Positions 11,937 through 16,715 of a DNA stretch of 64,000 bases are shown here, one piece after another. Position 1 is the stretch's first letter; every line of letters starts with the position of its first letter. The stretch comes from Verrucomicrobiota bacterium (GTDB lineage: Bacteria > Verrucomicrobiota > Verrucomicrobiia > Opitutales > Cerasicoccaceae): contig JBCBUK010000016.1 in assembly GCA_039818205.1 (NCBI GenBank), positions 1 to 64,000 of the forward strand. The letters run 5' to 3'. Position numbers and translations under genes: made by a program. The notes under the pieces are model-generated. The model saw only the letters and a list, made by a program, of their open reading frames with translations, ran no database searches and was not told where the DNA came from.

Positions 11937-11971
11937 GATCCCGGGATGCAACTTCGCCTCCGGGATTTTTT
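11937..11971 (+). terminator. Intrinsic terminator / attenuator 1
   Basis: ATCCCGG (11938-44) pairs with CCGGGAT (11960-66), followed by a T run. Confidence 0.8.
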
Positions 11972-12076
11972 GTGTGCGAACACATCGACCAGACTAACCA
12001 AGATTGAATGGTTAAATGGCGGAGCCTTAAATAATATTATATTATATTTTTATATTGTATTTTTTAATTTTACTTA

Positions 12077-12105
12077 TTGACAGAGACACGAGCCTCACAC
12101 AATAT
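12077..12105 (+). promoter_or_regulatory. Putative sigma70-type promoter
   Basis: TTGACA-N17-CAATAT preceded by a very AT-rich UP-like tract (12030-12076). Confidence 0.5.
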
Positions 12106-12130
12106 TCCCTCCATAACTCAAACAACTCCT

Positions 12131-12304
12131 ATGTTTATTTTAAATTCAATAACGCAACAGCCTGAACGGCAAGGCGACTCACACCTCACCCAGCGTGAGA
12201 ACGAGTCCAATCCGGTAAGTCCGGATTATGTTTGTTCCATGGCGACAGGGAGTGCTTCACCCACCAGGCCGCGATCACGCGGTCCTCGGTTAACCAACGA
12301 ATAA
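12131..12304 (+). CDS. Putative leader peptide 2 (57 aa, MFILNSITQQ...)
   Basis: ATG follows an A/C-rich leader and the ORF ends 27 nt before a terminator; the ORF contains complements of the terminator 5' arm. Confidence 0.4.
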   Translation: MFILNSITQQPERQGDSHLTQRENESNPVSPDYVCSMATGSASPTRPRSRGPRLTNE

Positions 12305-12330
12305 CCGAATGAAAGATAAAATTTCAAGTG

Positions 12331-12375
12331 AAGCCCGAGTCGCCAACCAACAATGCACTCGGGTTTTTTGTTTTT
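12331..12375 (+). terminator. Intrinsic terminator / attenuator 2
   Basis: AAGCCCGAGT (12331-40) pairs with ACTCGGGTTT (12357-66), followed by TTTGTTTTT. Confidence 0.8.
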
Positions 12376-13078
12376 CCCAACTCAACGACTTCAACGGTGC
12401 CCTTGCCACCAACACGCAAGGTGAAACGTCACGTAAATGGCGTCCAAACCGCGTCTTCGGCCATTCCCGAATATCGCGATAGGGGCGGAATGGCATTACT
12501 GTGTCTGAAGTCCATTAAGAGACTCGGGCAAAGCATTAGGTTGGGAAAAGCGAATCATTGACTAAGTGGATATTATCAAAAGATAGGTGAAATATCTGAA
12601 AAATCGGCTATTATATAGTGGTCCCACAACTAATCACTCACCCTCGTAATCCAACTCCCCAATTACATGACCCCATTTCATCCCGCTGCGAAATTTTAAG
12701 GGAACTTTATGTCAGAAACACTGACGGATCCGGTATATAAATAGGATCTCCCGCTGCATCATTCGTGGTAAACCGGGGTTTACTGAACCATAACACCAGC
12801 AGCCAAAAGAATTGCTTTAAGGAAACATGCCGCCGCCCGGCTAATATAGCAGGAAAATAGCCCTCTGGTAGGATCTGGAGACAACCGGGCGGCGGCGAAT
12901 CCCCTTCCTTCGTTTTTGCGCAAATTCTTGCGCAATCTTTAAAGACTAACCGCCGATCCCTATCGCTGCACGGTGGCTTCAACGTGCCTAGGGTTTTAAT
13001 ACTACAGAGCAGCCGGTTGACCCTTCATAGGCAACGGGTATGTAGGCATTTCAAAACCACATCGCGGCTCACACTTTC

Positions 13079-13150
13079 GCCTTCTTAGTTTAATTGGCAG
13101 AACATCCGGTTTTTGCCCGGTTGGTCCTGGTTCAAGTCCAGGAGGGGGTA
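13079..13150 (+). tRNA. Atypical tRNA (anticodon TTT/Lys by position; possibly degenerate Gln-TTG), no encoded CCA
   Basis: GCCTTCT/AGGGGGT acceptor with three G-U pairs; GTTT-AATTGGCA-GAAC D arm; CCGG-TTTTTGC-CCGG; CCTGG-TTCAAGT-CCAGG. Confidence 0.7.
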
Positions 13151-13165
13151 ATTTCCAACAACACA

Positions 13166-13213
13166 ATGATTAGACTACGAGATACGATTCGTCTTCAGCG
13201 GGCTCAGACATGA
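13166..13213 (+). CDS. Putative leader peptide 3 (MIRLRDTIRLQRAQT)
   Basis: ATG ATT AGA CTA CGA GAT...ACA TGA after an A/C-rich stretch; its codons 3-6 are complementary to the downstream hairpin. Confidence 0.45.
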   Translation: MIRLRDTIRLQRAQT

Positions 13214-13253
13214 TCAGAATCGGGACTAGTCCATCTTATGCTACTACATACTT

Positions 13254-13290
13254 AAACCCATCTCGTAGTTACGATCTAAAGGGTTTTTCT
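13254..13290 (+). terminator. Imperfect terminator / attenuator 3 directly before the main tRNA array
   Basis: AAACCC (13254-59)/GGGTTT (13281-86) with inner TCGT/ACGA, ending in TTTTTCT. Confidence 0.45.
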
Positions 13291-13370
13291 GCCGTGCTGC
13301 CGGATTTGATGTCGAATCAAATACGGAAGCGGGAGCGTTATGCGCTCAATTGGGGACACACCCAAACCAT

Positions 13371-13446
13371 GGGCTCATGGTGAAAGCGAATATCATGGAG
13401 CGCTACGAACGCTTCGTTGGAGGTTTGAGTCCTCCTGAGCCTACCA
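13371..13446 (+). tRNA. tRNA-Arg(ACG), atypical D and T loops
   Basis: GGGCTCA/TGAGCCT acceptor; GAGCG-CTACGAA-CGCTT; GGAGG-TTTGAGT-CCTCC; ACCA end. Confidence 0.85.
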
Positions 13447-13460
13447 GTTCTACAATTGCT

Positions 13461-13537
13461 CAGGTGCGCAGCCCAAGTGGCAGGGGCACCGGTCCGTGAC
13501 ACCGGGGATGTGGGTTCAAATCCCACCCACCTGACCA
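13461..13537 (+). tRNA. Atypical tRNA, GTG (His) anticodon
   Basis: CAGGTG/CACCTG acceptor with an irregular base; GCCC/GGGC D arm; CCGGT-CCGTGAC-ACCGG (C33); GTGGG-TTCAAAT-CCCAC; ACCA end. Confidence 0.7.
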
Positions 13538-13568
13538 CCCTTTCGGCCAAGAGATCTCCTTGGCTCAT

Positions 13569-13642
13569 GCACGTATCGTCCAACGGTAAGACTGCGCTCT
13601 TCCACAGCGAGGATGCTGGTTCGATTCCGGCTGCGTGCACCA
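13569..13642 (+). tRNA. tRNA-Gly(TCC), A discriminator
   Basis: GCACGTA/TGCGTGC; CGCT-CTTCCAC-AGCG; GCTGG-TTCGATT-CCGGC; ACCA. Confidence 0.85.
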
Positions 13643-13650
13643 ATTGCCAT

Positions 13651-13727
13651 GGCGCTGAACCCAAATGGACGCGGGCGCGGGTCTGCAGAACCCGCCATAT
13701 CAGGTTCAATTCCTGACGGCGCCTCCA
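13651..13727 (+). tRNA. tRNA-Cys(GCA)
   Basis: GGCGCTG/CGGCGCC; CGGGT-CTGCAGA-ACCCG; TCAGG-TTCAATT-CCTGA; U73-CCA. Confidence 0.88.
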
Positions 13728-13732
13728 TTTGA

Positions 13733-13807
13733 TGCGAGAGACTGTATACGGCAACGCGGCAGAGGTTAATTCTGCAGTTGAAAGTTCGAGCCTTTCTCTC
13801 GTAACCA
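13733..13807 (+). tRNA. tRNA-like element, anticodon position TTA (pseudo/suppressor-like)
   Basis: TGCGAGA/TCTCGTA; GCAGA-GGTTAAT-TCTGC; GAAAG-TTCGAGC-CTTTC; ACCA; weak D arm. Confidence 0.65.
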
Positions 13808-13854
13808 AAAATATACTATTTATGGTTGTAATATACCGTATCACGTGAAGACTT

Positions 13855-13943
13855 TATTCGTCGAGTCGGCGGCGGTGGGTCCCTCCTAGCCATAGTCGGA
13901 TTGTGGATCCACCGTTCCGCCTCGGCCCTCTAAGCGACGAATA
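13855..13943 (+). ncRNA. Rod-shaped structured RNA inside the tRNA array (family unknown)
   Basis: Nested helices TATTCGTCG/CGACGAATA, GGCGG/CCGCC and CGGTGGGTCC/GGATCCACCG. Confidence 0.55.
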
Positions 13944-13953
13944 GAACAAGCAG

Positions 13954-14029
13954 GCAACAATCGTATAGCGGGCAAATACACTTGGGCATTGCCCAGGAAA
14001 CCTCGGTTCGAATCCGGGTTGTTGCACCA
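13954..14029 (+). tRNA. tRNA-like element, anticodon position ATT with self-pairing loop
   Basis: GCAACAA/TTGTTGC; GTAT/ATAC D arm; CTTGG-GCATTGC-CCAGG; CTCGG-TTCGAAT-CCGGG; ACCA. Confidence 0.75.
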
Positions 14030-14032
14030 AAC

Positions 14033-14107
14033 GAACTGTTAGCTCAGTAAGGTTAGAGCATTGGTCTGAAGAACCAAGTGTCTCAGGTTCAAATCCTGGA
14101 CAGTACC
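14033..14107 (+). tRNA. tRNA-Phe(GAA), no encoded CCA
   Basis: GAACTGT/ACAGTAC (one mismatch); GCTC/GAGC; TTGGT-CTGAAGA-ACCAA; TCAGG-TTCAAAT-CCTGG. Confidence 0.85.
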
Positions 14108-14212
14108 GCGAACCTAGAGAATGCGGGTTCGAGTCCCGCCTCCCCCGCATAGCCCATCGGCTGGTGGGCTGTGCGGGGGAGTAGTTCAATGGTCGAACAC
14201 TAGACGAGACGC
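14107..14212 (+). ncRNA. Circularly permuted tRNA mimic, YrlA-type bacterial Y RNA candidate
   Basis: Order is CTAG, T arm (GCGGG-TTCGAGT-CCCGC), 19-bp loop-closed acceptor helix (14140-58/14163-81), TA, D arm (GTTC-AATGGTC-GAAC), A, CTAG. Confidence 0.75.
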
Positions 14213-14406
14213 CAAGGCAAAGGCGAAAACATAAGCCACTAGCCTATTACGCTAGACACAACGCAAGTACGAGAGGAACGCAAATAACAGCCCAAGGGAA
14301 GCTTCGCGCGGATGGGACGCCAGGGTTTGGCCTGCTGGGAGATTCTCATCAGCCACGATCCAGCGCTGCGACCACCTGTATCAATGCGGATACCGGATTT
14401 GCCTTG
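14213..14406 (+). ncRNA. ~195-nt structured RNA containing a sarcin-ricin loop sequence
   Basis: Closing helix CAAGGCAAA (14213-21)/TTTGCCTTG (14398-406); internal hairpins CTAGC/GCTAG, GCGC-GGAT/ATCC-A-GCGC and GTATC/GATAC; AGTACGAGAGGA at 14266-77. Confidence 0.55.
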
Positions 14407-14675
14407 CCTCAGAAAACCACAAGCGCAAACCGCGCTACAATGAGTCCGACAGCAGGGGCCACGCGCTCCAGCCAGCTGACTTTGCGTAGCAAAGTTTCTG
14501 TCGACGATCGACTAAGAGCATCGCATTTCCTCAAGCATTGATCCGTGGCATCGCCGCGTGGCCAACCACCCTGCCCGACTTCCCGCGGGCCCATTTCCCA
14601 ATGCTAATTATTGCTCCAGCAGCACTCTGCTGATGGAGCTCATATAAAACCAAACAAACCTCAAACTCAAGTAAC

Positions 14676-16193
14676 ATGATACCAATCAAACATGCACAAA
14701 TCCCTTATGAGCACGTTGGTTTGGTATATCGTTCCGGTCGATTTGTGGAACTCCTGAAGCCTGGCCGCCACTGGTTCTTTAACCCACTGGGAGAGCTATC
14801 CATTGGCAAGCTATGGCAAGGAAACCCATGGATTGAAATGCCCGCTACACAACTGCGCCAGCTCCGCGAATCTGAATCGATTCAAGAGTATGCTGCATTC
14901 ATTGATCTCAATGACAATCAGCGCGCACTCGTGTGGTTGGACGACCGGTTCTACGGTATCCTAAACACCGGGCTCTATGCGTACTGGACAACTGTCGTCA
15001 AAGTTCGCATCGAAATCGTCGATATTCGCGAGATCGAATTCAAACACGATGAAGCGGATATTATCCTCAAGCACGCTGATGCGATTCGTCACCTCAACGT
15101 CTACGAAAACACCGAAAGCCAAGGTAGCGTGATCTACGTTAACGGTCGTTACCACAACGCATTCGGCCCTGGACGATTTGGTTACTGGAAGAATGGCCAA
15201 ACGGTTATCCGAGTGCCATTCCCCCTACCTTGGATCACCCTCCCTGATAAGGAGCTCAAGCTCCTGAAGGAATCCGGTGAAATCGATTCCAAGGTAAACT
15301 TCATCGACGTCAGCGATAAACAACGAGCCCTCGTCTGGATCAACGGCCGCTTCGGCCGCGCCCTCGGACCAGGCCTCTACGCACACTGGAAGGAAGGCTT
15401 TGATACCCGCGTCGAAATGATTGAGATCGATGCACCGCAGTTTCTTCACCAAGAACTCGATGCGATCCAAATCCACCCCGACGCAAATCAATTCCTGAAC
15501 TTCCATGATATCGGCGACGGTATGACGGGCTTGCTCTACCTCAACGGTGAGCTCGCCGAGATTCTTCCACCTGGACGCTACTCGTTCTGGAAGCATGTCG
15601 GCAACGTTCGTCTTTACCAATTCGATCTCCGTGAAAAAGTCCTCGACGTTACCGGACAGGACATCATGACGGCAGATAAGGTTACCCTGCGAATCAACGC
15701 AGTTCTAACCTACCGAATCGACGATGTTCGTAAGGTCGCAGAAACGGTTGAGAACGCCGAACAGGCACTCTACCGGGAGCTGCAACTTATCATCCGTGCA
15801 GAAGTCGGTGGACGTACACTCGACCAACTTCTGAGCGATAAAACCGCAGTGGCGCACGATGCGCTAACGGCGATCCAAAAGAAGGCTGAGCAATACGGTC
15901 TCCAAGTCAAAGGTCTAGGTATCCGCGATGTCATCCTACCCGGAGACATGAAGGAACTCCTCAACCAAGTGATCGAGGCTGAAAAGGCAGCGCAGGCCAA
16001 CGTTATCAAACGTCGTGAAGAAACGGCTGCGATGCGTAGCCAACTCAACACTGCCAAGCTCATTGAACAAAACCCGACGCTCTTGCGTCTGCGAGAACTC
16101 GAGTCCCTCGAGAAGATCGCCGAAAAGACCAACCTCCAAATCTTCGTGGGAGATGGCCAAGGTCTATCCAAGAGCCTCATGAAACTCATCTAA
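14676..16193 (+). CDS. Slipin-family (SPFH/band 7) protein
   Basis: GQDIMTADKVTLRIN, LYRELQ, IRDVILPGDMKELLNQVIEAEKAAQANVIKRREETAAMRS.LNTAK and NPTLLRLRELE. Confidence 0.93.
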   Translation: MIPIKHAQIPYEHVGLVYRSGRFVELLKPGRHWFFNPLGELSIGKLWQGNPWIEMPATQLRQLRESESIQEYAAFIDLNDNQRALVWLDDRFYGILNTGLYAYWTTVVKVRIEIVDIREIEFKHDEADIILKHADAIRHLNVYENTESQGSVIYVNGRYHNAFGPGRFGYWKNGQTVIRVPFPLPWITLPDKELKLLKESGEIDSKVNFIDVSDKQRALVWINGRFGRALGPGLYAHWKEGFDTRVEMIEIDAPQFLHQELDAIQIHPDANQFLNFHDIGDGMTGLLYLNGELAEILPPGRYSFWKHVGNVRLYQFDLREKVLDVTGQDIMTADKVTLRINAVLTYRIDDVRKVAETVENAEQALYRELQLIIRAEVGGRTLDQLLSDKTAVAHDALTAIQKKAEQYGLQVKGLGIRDVILPGDMKELLNQVIEAEKAAQANVIKRREETAAMRSQLNTAKLIEQNPTLLRLRELESLEKIAEKTNLQIFVGDGQGLSKSLMKLI

Positions 16194-16199
16194 ACCGGT

Positions 16200-16231
16200 C
16201 CCGGAGCCCACTGACTCCGGGGCTCTTTTTT
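16200..16231 (+). terminator. Terminator closing the RNA-array/slipin unit
   Basis: CCCGGAG...CTCCGGG hairpin followed by CTCTTTTTT. Confidence 0.7.
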
Positions 16232-16715
16232 ATGTACGCATCCCGAAGAAAAAATACGACGGATTCGTCGCCCAAAACCGGGCTATCAAAGGCGGTTCAA
16301 CTAAGCCCTCTCAATCCTGTTGCTGAGGCTTTTTGTCATTCTTAACAATAAGCAATAAACCTTAATAGACATATAAAACATTGGTATTGAGAAACATAAA
16401 CTAGAATACCTTAAAACTAGGCTCACCTTAAAAAAATCTAAAAATGTCAAAATTTTTTGCCTAATCGGTCATTCTCGGAACAATATAGTCCGAACATCAC
16501 CAATGCCGCATCAACTAGATGCGAACCCCATCTCATTTCGTTCCTCAGAACGCTCTCCCCTATCACCCCTAGAATTTCGTTACCCGATTTTTGCCGGAGC
16601 ATCTTCGGCTGAAAAGTTCCCCCCCTCGCCCGACGCGCTGCGCCACTCTCACCCCTGAGAGAGGCTATCTCGTTGGGAATATACATCCGTTGTATAACCC
16701 AGAATACCCATACCC

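Noticed and set aside
12160..12375. Known riboswitch classes (TPP, SAM, cobalamin, glycine, lysine, ZTP, T-box) or 6S RNA
   Set aside because: I could not find their conserved core motifs by eye; kept as an unclassified attenuator pending an Rfam scan.
12491..12505. Possible sigma54 (RtcR-type) promoter TGGCAT...
   Set aside because: No GC at the -12 position (GG-N10-TC).
13855..13943. SRP (4.5S) RNA
   Set aside because: Lacks the CAGG...GGAA...AGCA domain IV motif.
13338..14189. Minus-strand ORFs of 168 aa and 111 aa and other short ORFs over the array
   Set aside because: Antisense or overlapping translations of tRNA genes (GFEP, RRDSNP and GIEP patterns).
14284..14361. Collinear short matches to the 23S peptidyl-transferase region (ATAACAG, GCCCAAG, GACG-N5-GTTTGGC-N13-CTCATC)
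   Set aside because: Only ~20/35 identity, found post hoc. The most conserved core (ACCUCGAUGUCGG) is unmatched and the order relative to the SRL is reversed. Probably chance, though worth rechecking in a homolog alignment.
14213..14406. rRNA gene fragment as the source of the SRL match
   Set aside because: The flanks do not resemble 23S helix 95 surroundings, and there is no rRNA operon in the window.
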